Assembly: GCA_036679645.1 (NCBI GenBank)
Contig: JAZDCY010000014.1
Span: 258,601 to 322,600 of the forward strand
Length of the DNA: 64,000 nucleotides
Source of the DNA: Gemmatimonadota bacterium
Lineage (GTDB): Bacteria > Gemmatimonadota > Gemmatimonadetes > Gemmatimonadales > GWC2-71-9
Reading direction: 5' to 3'
Under the pieces are notes generated by a model, which worked only from the letters and a program-made list of their open reading frames with translations, was not told where the DNA came from and searched no databases. Both the position numbers and the translations under genes were made by a program. The number at the start of each line of letters is the position of its first letter. Position 1 is the stretch's first letter. Positions 9,209 to 18,171 of the stretch are shown piece by piece.

Positions 9209-11838
9209 GTGCTGACCACGATACTCGCTCTGGCGGCGCTCACCACCAGCATGCCGCAGGCTGCGTCCGTACAGGATATCGCCAGCATCGACCGCACCGC
9301 AAAGATCGCAACAGCAGTTCAGATCGATGGGCCGGCGCCCGTGCTCGACGGGAGGCTCGACGACGCTGTCTGGCGCGGTGCCCGTTTCATATCCGACTTC
9401 GTGCAGAAGGAACCCGTCGAGGGCGCCGAGCCCACCGAGCGCACCGAAATAGCGTTTCTGTACGATGGAGACGCGCTGTGGGTCGGGGCTCGCATGTACA
9501 GCGACGATCCCCGCTCGATTCAGGCACTCATGAGCCGGCGCGATCGCGGTTCCCAGTCACAACACATCTGGATCTCGCTCGACACGTATCGCGACGGCCG
9601 TACGGCTTACAGCTTCGGGATCACGGCGTCGGGTGTGCGCATGGATTGGTATCACCCGTCGGATAGCGAGTTTCACATCGATGCGTCGTGGGACCCGGTC
9701 TGGGAGGGTCGCGCACACATAGATTCGCTCGGCTGGACCGCGGAGATGCGTATTCCGTTTTCGCAACTGCGCTTCAACGACTTGCCCGAACAGGTGTGGG
9801 GTCTCAACATCGATCGCTGGTTCCCCGAGCGGTTCGAGGACGTCTTCTGGATCCCGGTACCGAAGAATGAGACCGGGTGGGCGTCGCGCATGGGGACGCT
9901 GGTCGGTATCAGCGGTATTCGCCCCTCGCGTCGTGTGGAGCTGGCGCCGTACATCGCGAGCGACGCGACCATCCGTTCGGATGTTGATCCGGCCAATCCC
10001 TTCTCCGACCGCTCGAGTCAGGCAGGACGCGTCGGCGCCGATCTCAAGCTGGGACTCGGACCCAACCTCACGTTGGATGTCACGGTCAATCCTGACTTTG
10101 GACAGGTCGAGGCCGATCCCGCGGTCGTTAACCTGTCGGCATTCGAGGTGTTCTTCAGCGAGCGGCGACCGTTCTTCACCGAAGGGCGCCAGCTCCTGAG
10201 CGGCGGCGGCTCCGGGTTCTTCTACTCGCGCAGGATCGGCCAGCCCCCGCGTGCCTTGGCAGATGGTGACTTTGTCGAACGTCCTCGCACGAGCACGATC
10301 CTCGGCGCCACCAAGATCACCGGACGCACGGCGGGCGGGCTGTCGATCGGCGCCCTGGCTGCCACGACCGCCGCGAGTACGCGCGCACCTATGACGCCAC
10401 CACACAGGCGTTCGGCAGCTCCGAGGTCGCGCCGCTCACCGGATACACCGTCGCCCGCATCCAGCAGGAGTTCGGTCCATCGGCGTCGACGGCCGGGTTG
10501 ATTCTCACGGGTGTCCGGCGTGATATGGCACCCGGCGACCCGCTCGCCGGCACGTACGCCCGCACGGCCGTGACGGGAGGCTCGGACTGGAATCTCCGAT
10601 TCGATGGCGGCGCATACGAGATGGGTGGCAGCCTGGGGTTCAGCTACGTCGAGGGAGATTCAGCCAGGATCCTGAGCCTCCAACAGTCCAGCGCGCGCTA
10701 TTTCCAGCGACCGGACCAGGATTATCTCCAGATCGATTCATCGCGCACCGCACTAACCGGATACCAGGGATCACTCTACGTGAGGAAGAACAGCGGCCGT
10801 CACTGGCTGTGGAATGCGTTCTTCTCGTTCGAGTCACCGGATTTCGAGCTGAACGACCTGGGACGACTCTCCACGACCGACGACGTGGCCGGATTTGCGA
10901 CCGTCGCCTATAGGGAGACGAAACCGGGCTCTCTCTTCCAGTCATGGGAGGTCTCGCTCTCGTCGGAGAACCTGTTCAATACCAATTTAGACCGGAAGTT
11001 CGGCGCCATCCGAACGGACGCGTCCCTAACGTGGCGCAACTTCTGGCGGACCAATCTCACGGCATGGGTAGACGTACGGGGCCAGAGCACCACGCTCACC
11101 CGCGGCGGCCCCTCGATGAAGACCGCTCTGTCGCGCGTCGTCATAGGGAGCCTGTCCAACAACTTCGGCGCATCGACGAGCTGGCGCGCGCGGGTGTACT
11201 ACGGAACCAACGAATTGGACGGGCTGACGTACCGGCTGAGTGGTAGCCTGACGTTCCGGCCGGCGCCACGCTGGGAGTTCTCGATTTCCCCCAATTACCT
11301 GCGCGACATCGAACCGCGGCAGTATGTCGCTACGCTCGCTGGCGCACCGACCGCGACCTTTGGACAACGCTACGTCTTCGCGCGTATCAATCGGAGCACG
11401 TGGCTCGCCCGGTTGCGCGTGAACTTCGCCGTCACGCCGGACCTCACCGTCGAACTCTATGCCGAACCGTTTGCGGCAAGTGGACGCTACGACAGCCACG
11501 GCGAGTTAGCCGCGGCGGGAGACTTCGCGCTCCGGTCGTATGGCCGGGACGGGACGACTATCGCACAGGAAACGGACAACAGCTACACGGTCACCGACGG
11601 GCCCGACTCGTTCACGCTTCCGTTCCTCGACTTCAACATACGATCGTTCCGCAGCAACATGGTGCTGCGATGGGAATGGCGCCCGGGCAGCACGTTGTTC
11701 CTGGTGTGGCAGCAGGACCGATCGTCCTTCGAGGAGCGAGGAGACATGGTGCGGCCGTTCTCGCTGTTCGACGCGGTAACATCGGGAGGCGACAACTTCT
11801 TTGCGGTGAAGCTGACGTACTGGTTGGCCGTGAATTAG
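9209..11838 (+). CDS. DUF5916-type protein (CBM9-like domain plus outer-membrane barrel), frameshift near 10370
   Basis: PVLDGRLDDAVW, NPDFGQVEADPAVVNLSAFEVFFSERRPFF; ORFs 9209-10501 and 10498-11838 join through REYARTYD...QQEFG; C-terminal KLTYW. Confidence 0.8.
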
Positions 11839-11863
11839 GTCCGAGTTGGTAGGCCAGAAGGGG

Positions 11864-11896
11864 ATTCACCGCAGAGATCGCGGAGAACGCAGAGAG
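11864..11896 (+). repeat. Short tandem 9-mer element (cgcagagat/cgcggagaa/cgcagagag)
   Basis: attcac followed by three imperfect 9-bp units, at the edge of the remnant-rich region. Confidence 0.5.
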
Positions 11897-11903
11897 AGTC
11901 CGC

Positions 11904-11990
11904 CACGATCCCGTGGTCATCGATCGCGCGCGGCGGCGGATCAAGCTGCTCGACGGCCGCACCGACCACGACGGTACAGCGGTGTCATGA
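11904..11990 (+). pseudogene. 3' remnant of a LolD/MacB-like ABC ATPase
   Basis: HDPVVIDRARRRIKLLDGRTDHDGTAVS* resembles the H-loop and C-terminus; its stop overlaps the next ATG (ATGA). Confidence 0.6.
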
Positions 11991-12900
11991 TCCCTGGGCG
12001 GTGCCTCGGTGCCGCACTGGCGTTGACCATCACCGCTTCGAGCAGCACGGCACAGTCTTCCACTCCGATCACACTCAGTGGCTATATCCGGTCGCTGACC
12101 GGCGTCCAGGATCTCGGCTACGACCCAATCTTCACCGATCGGCGCTCCGCGTTCAACGGTGAGGTAGTGCGGCTCAAGTCGCTGATCGAACTGGGCGACG
12201 TGGCGCGTGTGAGCGTCCACAACCGCGTGGGGGCCCTGTGGAGCTCGGCCGCATTCGACCAGAGCGTGCTGGGCTTCGGGGTAGGTGCTGTGCCCGACCG
12301 CACGGTGGACCTCGTTACGGACGTCATCGACGAGAATGACGTGCGCGTGTGGCACGATCTGGATCGGCTTGCGGTTACAGTGTTCACCGATGCCGTCGAT
12401 TCACCGTTGGCAGGCAGGCTATCACCTGGGGATCTCGAACATCTTTCCCATCGCCGATCTGTGGGCGCAGTTCAGCCCCTTCGAGCTGGATACCGAAGAG
12501 AAGCCCGGTGCCGATGCCGTACGGGCCTTGCACGACCCAGCCAGCGGGTTGGAGTGGGACATTGTTGTTGCAGATCGCGGAACAAACCGTATTGACCCGG
12601 AGCCGATCGCGGGCGTCACCGAGTTTCCCTTTTCGATCTGAACGCGCCACGAGTGGTCCGCGGGTGTTCGTGGGACGTTGGAGTTGCCGGTCGCTGACGT
12701 CTACATAGGCGGTGGGAAGTTCTGGAGTCAGGCGATTGCTCTTGGCGGCGTTTCGCTTGTCGTCGACTCTTGGAAGCTGCCCGCCGAGGTTGCCGCACCG
12801 TGGGATCTCGACACGGACAACCTACGCACGATCCGTCTCACGGCCGGCGTCGGCTGGATGGGTTCAGACACGCAGTTCTCCATCGAGTACCATCACACCT
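11987..12900 (+). pseudogene. Degraded outer-membrane beta-barrel protein gene
   Basis: Signal peptide, then segments in different frames: LDRL, TVGRQAITWG, FSPFELDTEEKPGADAVR, YIGGGKFW; 3' truncated. Confidence 0.65.
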
Positions 12901-12919
12901 GGCTTGGCCGCACGACGCG

Positions 12920-13221
12920 TCTCGAGGGTGCTATGTTTGGGTTCAGCGCACCGTCGCTAAGCCGTCGCATGAAATTGACGCGCAGTTCGTCTTCCAAGAT
13001 CGCGTGGTGCGTGAAGGTTGGGTCGATCAGTGCGGCACTCGTCCGCGTGTGATCATCGTGCAGCAGCGAGACAGCCGGCCCGGGGCGCCGCGAGCGTTCC
13101 ACCTTGACGGGCGCCGACCCGCCCCTAGCCATTCCGACTGGCCGGCGGCCGTCTGGGCCGACGACAACATCACCAGCGCGATACCGGCCGCGCGAGTCCG
13201 TGAACGGTTTCGAAACTCCAT
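12920..13221 (-). pseudogene. Truncated secreted or outer-membrane protein gene
   Basis: GGAGGG RBS, MEFRNRSRTRAAGIALVMLSSAQTAAG signal peptide, frameshift to HDDHT...DPTFTHHAILEDELRVNF, then abuts the opposite-strand pseudogene. Confidence 0.45.
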
Positions 13222-13287
13222 CGTCCCTCCATTGGCCTGCAACCACTCCATTCGGAGCGTCGCAGCCGGAATACGTTGCACCGTTGA

Positions 13288-13671
13288 TCACGATGACGTA
13301 CTCCGGTGTAGCGGAGGGGCACGGGGACGCGAAGCGGTCCGTCGCAAACGCGACCCCAGTTGCTCGCGGTCGGTGGTCGCCGCAAACGAGACGGTCGGCT
13401 GTGGCAGCGCAGACGTAACCGGCACAGCGGACGGACCGCCGGATGATATGGCGCCAGTAAGCACGCAGCGCGCGGGATGCCCATCGCAGCGCGCGTCTGG
13501 TTCGATGTGCTGTATGAACGCAGAAGCTGTCCCGGAAACGTGGAAGCGTGCGACGTGGTAGGCGGGCGCCGCCACCTGTCCCGCGAACGCGGCCAGAAGG
13601 AGGATTCCTGACGACGCTCGGTGCGCGATGGCACCACGGACCGGCCCGCGGGCCAGTCGGCTCAGAACCAC
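13288..13671 (-). CDS. DUF2946/CruR-like leader protein with C-terminal RAPP motif (start uncertain)
   Basis: Hydrophobic N-region, His residues, CDGHPARC, RAPP encoded at 13312-13323. Confidence 0.6.
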   Translation of the reverse strand: MVLSRLARGPVRGAIAHRASSGILLLAAFAGQVAAPAYHVARFHVSGTASAFIQHIEPDARCDGHPARCVLTGAISSGGPSAVPVTSALPQPTVSFAATTDREQLGSRLRRTASRPRAPPLHRSTSS

Positions 13672-14402
13672 ACCCGCACACCGCCGACAACGGCCACGTC
13701 GCTCACGGCCTCACCTCGTTGCCGGGCCAAGTCGGCGGTCCCGGCGAACCGCCGCAGCCATTCGGCACCGACGTAGGGTGCGTACTCCCGGCGTACCTCA
13801 TACCGAAGGCGGAGCCCGACGTTGACGTCGTTGAGCCCTTGACCTACACCGAAGTCCGAGACCTCTTGCACCGCAGCGTTGACCTCAACGCGCGGCTGTG
13901 CGATCAGCCGCTGAGTCACGAACATGTCGTATGTCGTGGTAAGCCGGGCCGAGACGTGACCATCCTGGCTCACGAACACCGCAGGCTCCAGCTCGAACCA
14001 ATAGGGTGCAAGGCCCTCGAGCCCGAGGACCGTGAGGACGCGGGCCCGTTCCGTTCCGCCGCCGTAGCGCACGTCGACGCGGGCCCCGATCTGCAGGTCC
14101 CAGTAGGGTGCCACCAGTCGGCCGTACAGTACCTGGACCTCGACCTCGCCGCCCCCGCCCACGGTGGCCTGGTCGCCTTCGCCCTTGAACCAGAGGCGGG
14201 TGAAGTCTCCCCCGACCCAGCCGAGCAAGTCCCATCCCACAGGATTCGCATCGCCCGTGCGGCGGTACTCGAATCGATCGAAGAGCACGAACGTGTAGAT
14301 CGCGTCATCCGCCACCTGCGCGCCCGCGGCCGCAGGTCGCATCAACGGGATCATCGAGGCAAGCACCATGGCGGAAACGACGGAGCTCACGCGTCGTGTC
14401 AC
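13662..14402 (-). CDS. copB: Copper resistance outer-membrane protein CopB
   Basis: GWVGGDFTRLWFKGEG, GLEGLAPYWFE, GLRLRYEVRREYAPYVG, terminal WF; GTG start overlaps the copA stop. Confidence 0.93.
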   Translation of the reverse strand: MTRRVSSVVSAMVLASMIPLMRPAAAGAQVADDAIYTFVLFDRFEYRRTGDANPVGWDLLGWVGGDFTRLWFKGEGDQATVGGGGEVEVQVLYGRLVAPYWDLQIGARVDVRYGGGTERARVLTVLGLEGLAPYWFELEPAVFVSQDGHVSARLTTTYDMFVTQRLIAQPRVEVNAAVQEVSDFGVGQGLNDVNVGLRLRYEVRREYAPYVGAEWLRRFAGTADLARQRGEAVSDVAVVGGVRVWF

Positions 14403-16150
14403 GCGTCGTCCTCCGTCACCACGTCGATCACCTCGACCACGCGAAACATCCCCGTGTCCATGTGATACAGGATGTGGCAGTGCAGCGCCCATTTCCCGGG
14501 CACATCAGGTGTAGCGAGGAACGACACCCGTTCGGCCGGCTTCACGTTGATCGTGTGCTTGCGCGGCCGGAGGTGTCCGGCCCCGTTCTCCAACTCCATC
14601 CACATGCCATGTAGATGGATTGGATGTTCCATCATGGTGTCGTTCACGAACGTCACGCGGATCCGCTCCCCCAGCCGCATCGGGATCGGCGCCGGCGCCT
14701 GCGAGAACTTCTTACCATCAAATGACCAGAGATATCGCTCCATATGGCCCGTGAGGTGGAGCTCCAGCTCACGAACGGGCTCGCGGTGATCGTGGCCCGG
14801 CACGAGACCGCGAAGATCCGAGTACAGCAGCACGCGCCGGCCGTCATCGCCGAGCCCCACGCCGGGCTCACTCAGACGGGACCGCGTCACCTCCGGGACG
14901 GCTTGGTTTCCGGCCCCGTGGTTGTCCGGACCGTGGGGCACGGGTTCGGGAGCCGACACCGCCGCGTGATCCCCCTGTTGCATACCGGGCATAGGCAAGT
15001 CCCCCTCACCGCCACCCATGTCCACCATCGCCATCCCCATGTCGGCCATGGAACGGACCGGCCGGGCGCGGCGCCGCGGAATCGGCCCGCTCATCCCGGG
15101 ACGCGGCGCGAGCGTTCCCCGGGCATACCCGCTCCGGTCCATGGACTCGGCGAAGATCGTGTAGGCCATGTCCTCGGTGGGCTGGACGATCACATCGTAT
15201 GTCTCGGCTATGGCGATGCGGAACTCGTCCACCGTGACCGGCTGCACATTCTGTCCGTCAGCCTGGACCACCGTCAGCGGTAGGCCAGGAATCCGGACAT
15301 CGAAGTAACTCCCGGCCCCCGCGTTGATGAACCGCAGACGGACGCGCTCCCCCGGACGGAACAGTCCCGTCCAGTTGGTCTGCGGAGCCATCCCGTTCAT
15401 GACGTACGTGTATGTGGCGCCGGTGACATCGGCGATGTCGGTTGCGTCCATCCGCATCCGGCCCCAACGCAAGCGGTCCGCGAGCCCGCCGTCATCGCCG
15501 CGGAAGAGATCAGCGACGGTACGACGTCGGAAGTTGTAGTAGCCGCCCATCTTCTTGAGGTGAGCGAGGACGTCGTGCGGATCCTCGAATGTCCAGTCGC
15601 CGAGCATTACCACGTAGTCGCGATCATACGCGAACGGCTCGGGCTCAGCCGGGTCGATGATCAGAGGTCCGTAGTGCCCCAGCTGTTCCTGGAGACCCGA
15701 GTGGCTGTGGTACCAATAGGTGCCGCTCTGTCGCAGCGGATACTCGTATACGAACGTTTCCCCTGCCGGGATGCCGGGGAACGTGACCTGCGGCACGCCG
15801 TCCATCCCGTTCGGCAGAATTATCCCGTGCCAGTGGATGGACGTATCCTCGTCCAGCGCGTTCGTGACCGGGATCGTCGCTGTGTCCCCCTCATGGAAGC
15901 GGAGAAGAGGACCCGGCACGGTGCTGTTGATGGCATCTGCCCACGTACGACGCCCGCCGATATCGATCGCCGTCCGTCCGATGGTGAGTCCGTACCTTAC
16001 GGTGGAGCCGGACCGGCGCCTCGCTATGCTCGGAAGACCCGTGCGCGCGTATGTTGGTATCAGGCGCTCGAAGCCGCCGAGCCCGACGAGCGCCGCACCG
16101 CCGGCGTGCAGGAAGTCCCGGCGCGTAACGAAACTGCAGTCGGAATTCAC
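14399..16150 (-). CDS. copA: CopA-family multicopper oxidase, Tat-exported
   Basis: TRRDFL Tat motif; HWHG, WYHSH, HPIHLHG, HCHILYHM; Met-rich insert. Confidence 0.96.
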   Translation of the reverse strand: MNSDCSFVTRRDFLHAGGAALVGLGGFERLIPTYARTGLPSIARRRSGSTVRYGLTIGRTAIDIGGRRTWADAINSTVPGPLLRFHEGDTATIPVTNALDEDTSIHWHGIILPNGMDGVPQVTFPGIPAGETFVYEYPLRQSGTYWYHSHSGLQEQLGHYGPLIIDPAEPEPFAYDRDYVVMLGDWTFEDPHDVLAHLKKMGGYYNFRRRTVADLFRGDDGGLADRLRWGRMRMDATDIADVTGATYTYVMNGMAPQTNWTGLFRPGERVRLRFINAGAGSYFDVRIPGLPLTVVQADGQNVQPVTVDEFRIAIAETYDVIVQPTEDMAYTIFAESMDRSGYARGTLAPRPGMSGPIPRRRARPVRSMADMGMAMVDMGGGEGDLPMPGMQQGDHAAVSAPEPVPHGPDNHGAGNQAVPEVTRSRLSEPGVGLGDDGRRVLLYSDLRGLVPGHDHREPVRELELHLTGHMERYLWSFDGKKFSQAPAPIPMRLGERIRVTFVNDTMMEHPIHLHGMWMELENGAGHLRPRKHTINVKPAERVSFLATPDVPGKWALHCHILYHMDTGMFRVVEVIDVVTEDDA

Positions 16151-16162
16151 GATTGGCCTAAG

Positions 16163-16657
16163 TCACCGTGCTCCGCCGCTTCCTTCCGGTCGTTTTCTCC
16201 GACCAGAAGTGTGCAGGTGCACGATCACCCACCGCCCGTCCCGCTTCTCGAGCACCGCGGTCCCGCGCCCCTCGATCTCCGCGTGTCCGCGTTCCGTGTC
16301 TGCACTCAGCTCGTAGCGGAACGGTGTCCACGCCGTTGCCCCGCGCACCTGCGGCTCGATGGCGAAGTAGCGATAACGAAAGTTCTCCATCTCACCGAGT
16401 TCCGGCACTAGGTGATGATCGCGGTAGTCGGCCCAGCCGTGATTGACGCCTGCGCCCTCGATGATGTGCACCCACTCGTCCGGGGCAAACAGCGTGTCCA
16501 TGCCGGCGACATTCTTTGCCTGGGAGAACGCGGCGAACGCGGTCAGCACCTGTTCGACGGCCTCGACGTCGGGGTCCTGAACGACCGCGTGAGACGGCAC
16601 TGCCATCCCCGTCAGCAACAATCCCATCGCACCGGTAGTGATCCGCAACTTTCGCAT
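16163..16657 (-). CDS. Secreted SnoaL/NTF2-like (DUF4440) protein
   Basis: Start MRKLRITTG; EGAGVNHGWADYRDHHL, WVIVHLHTS; lies directly upstream of copA. Confidence 0.75.
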   Translation of the reverse strand: MRKLRITTGAMGLLLTGMAVPSHAVVQDPDVEAVEQVLTAFAAFSQAKNVAGMDTLFAPDEWVHIIEGAGVNHGWADYRDHHLVPELGEMENFRYRYFAIEPQVRGATAWTPFRYELSADTERGHAEIEGRGTAVLEKRDGRWVIVHLHTSGRRKRPEGSGGAR

Positions 16658-16699
16658 TCTGTTGTCCCTTCCTGGAGGAGGCGTATTGGACACCGGACG

Positions 16700-17050
16700 G
16701 CAATCAAGACTCATCGTGCGTCGGCCGGAGGAGCGTACCGCCGACGGCAAGCGCCAAGATGATCCCGCCATATCATGGTCGCCCTCAGCGTCCCGATCGG
16801 CTACCACCGCCGCGGCACTCATCATCATATCGACCGAGGCGACTTCGTCACCGTCGCTGACCACCGCAACAAGTCGGTAGCTTCCGGCGGCGACCTCACG
16901 TGGGATAAGCACCCGACTAACGAAGGCCCCTACTGAATCGTTGTCGACCGAGCCCAGCTCAATGCGGCCGTTGATACCGGCTAGCGCCAGCATGAGACAC
17001 GAGCGAGTGCCAAACCTTTCTCCAGCGATCTGCAGGCTGTGACCAGCAGT
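16700..17050 (-). pseudogene. 5'-truncated remnant of a hypothetical exported protein
   Basis: AGHSLQIAGERFG...GSYRLVAVVSDGDEVASVD...DHDM; protein-like but lacks its own start. Confidence 0.45.
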
Positions 17051-17319
17051 GAGGTCACGCGTTGCGGGCCTTGAGCACCCCGTCTTCGCGCGCGGCGGCC
17101 GGGCACTGCCAAACAGGCAGCAGACCGAAGTCTCGCTCTTCCGTGTGATGATTGGCCCCACGATGGCCACCGTGCCGCCCGATTTCAGGACCTCGTCGTG
17201 CACGTGTGGAAAAGGGATGGGGAACACTCCGTTTCAGCCGTTAGTAGCCTCGAAGGCTCGTGCGTACCGCAGGATCCTCCGCTGGGATTGGGATGAGAAG
17301 ACCGATCGCGATTCCAATC

Positions 17320-17470
17320 TCACAGCCCGAGAACGGCTGTTGGTACTGAACGGTTGGTTCTCGTATCGTCGCCCAGTCTGTCCTCGGTTGTTCTTCCCCA
17401 ACACATCACGCCGCCGTCAGAGGATCGGGCACAATTGTGGTGACCACCCGCGACGAGCGCGCGGGACCAG
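17320..17470 (-). pseudogene. RCC1/BLIP-II repeat fragment
   Basis: LVAGGHHNCARSSDGGVMCWG...LGDDTRTNRSVPTAV is one typical terminal repeat. Confidence 0.65.
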
Positions 17471-17754
17471 CTCTTCAGCTGCCCCGAACTTTCGTCTGCG
17501 CCGAGATCGGAAGAGAACCGCCGCAATCAGCACCGTTGGCGGCGCGTTGAGCACGGAGTGTAAGCGTGGGATATCATACGGTGCGAGATACACAGCACCT
17601 CCTTTGGCAGTCCCCCACTCGCCCCTTCGTGTCAGCTTCGCCCCGGCCCGCCGGGTTGCGGGATTGCCACAGCACGGTCGTCAGCGTCACGGCGGACAGG
17701 GTGACGGTTGCTCGCTCGAGCGACATAGCCGCTGCCCGATCCCGTTCAGTGACA

Positions 17755-18147
17755 TTATGGGTAGCGGAACCGCAGATTGTGCCGGGTACCGGTGATTGGC
17801 AGACTCACCACAGCCCGGAACGTGGCGAACGTCCGAGGGTCGAACCGGGCGACCAGGCGCTGGCTCGCCGTGTCCGCCTGGAGGGGTATCGTTACCTGGC
17901 TTCCGCCGGCACCCATGAGAGTTATGCTGGCGCCCGACGGGGCCGGGAGCACCTGCTGCTGCTCGTCGAGCAGCCACACGGAGATCGAACCCGTCGAATC
18001 CGCCTTGAATTCCACGTGATGTTCGGCCACCTCGATGACTTCGCCCCCGTGGGGGGCGGTGTGGGTGTGCTGCGCCCGCAGGGTAGCGGTTAGCGCGACC
18101 GAGAGTACGCCGATCATAGCGCTAACCCGCGTCAAGATCTGTAGCAC
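17755..18147 (-). CDS. Small His-rich periplasmic protein, putative metal-binding accessory of the efflux operon
   Basis: Signal peptide, QHTHTAPHGG...HHVE; AGGAGG RBS; follows the RND pump gene. Confidence 0.72.
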   Translation of the reverse strand: MLQILTRVSAMIGVLSVALTATLRAQHTHTAPHGGEVIEVAEHHVEFKADSTGSISVWLLDEQQQVLPAPSGASITLMGAGGSQVTIPLQADTASQRLVARFDPRTFATFRAVVSLPITGTRHNLRFRYP

Positions 18148-18171
18148 GGTATGGCTCCCTCCTGTAGATGG

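Noticed and set aside
14387..14409. Duplicated tcacgcgtcgt at the copA/copB junction
   Set aside because: Short, lies within overlapping coding sequence, compatible with chance
16163..17227. 354-aa ORF as a single protein
   Set aside because: Read-through of unrelated remnants into the SnoaL gene, which has its own start at 16657
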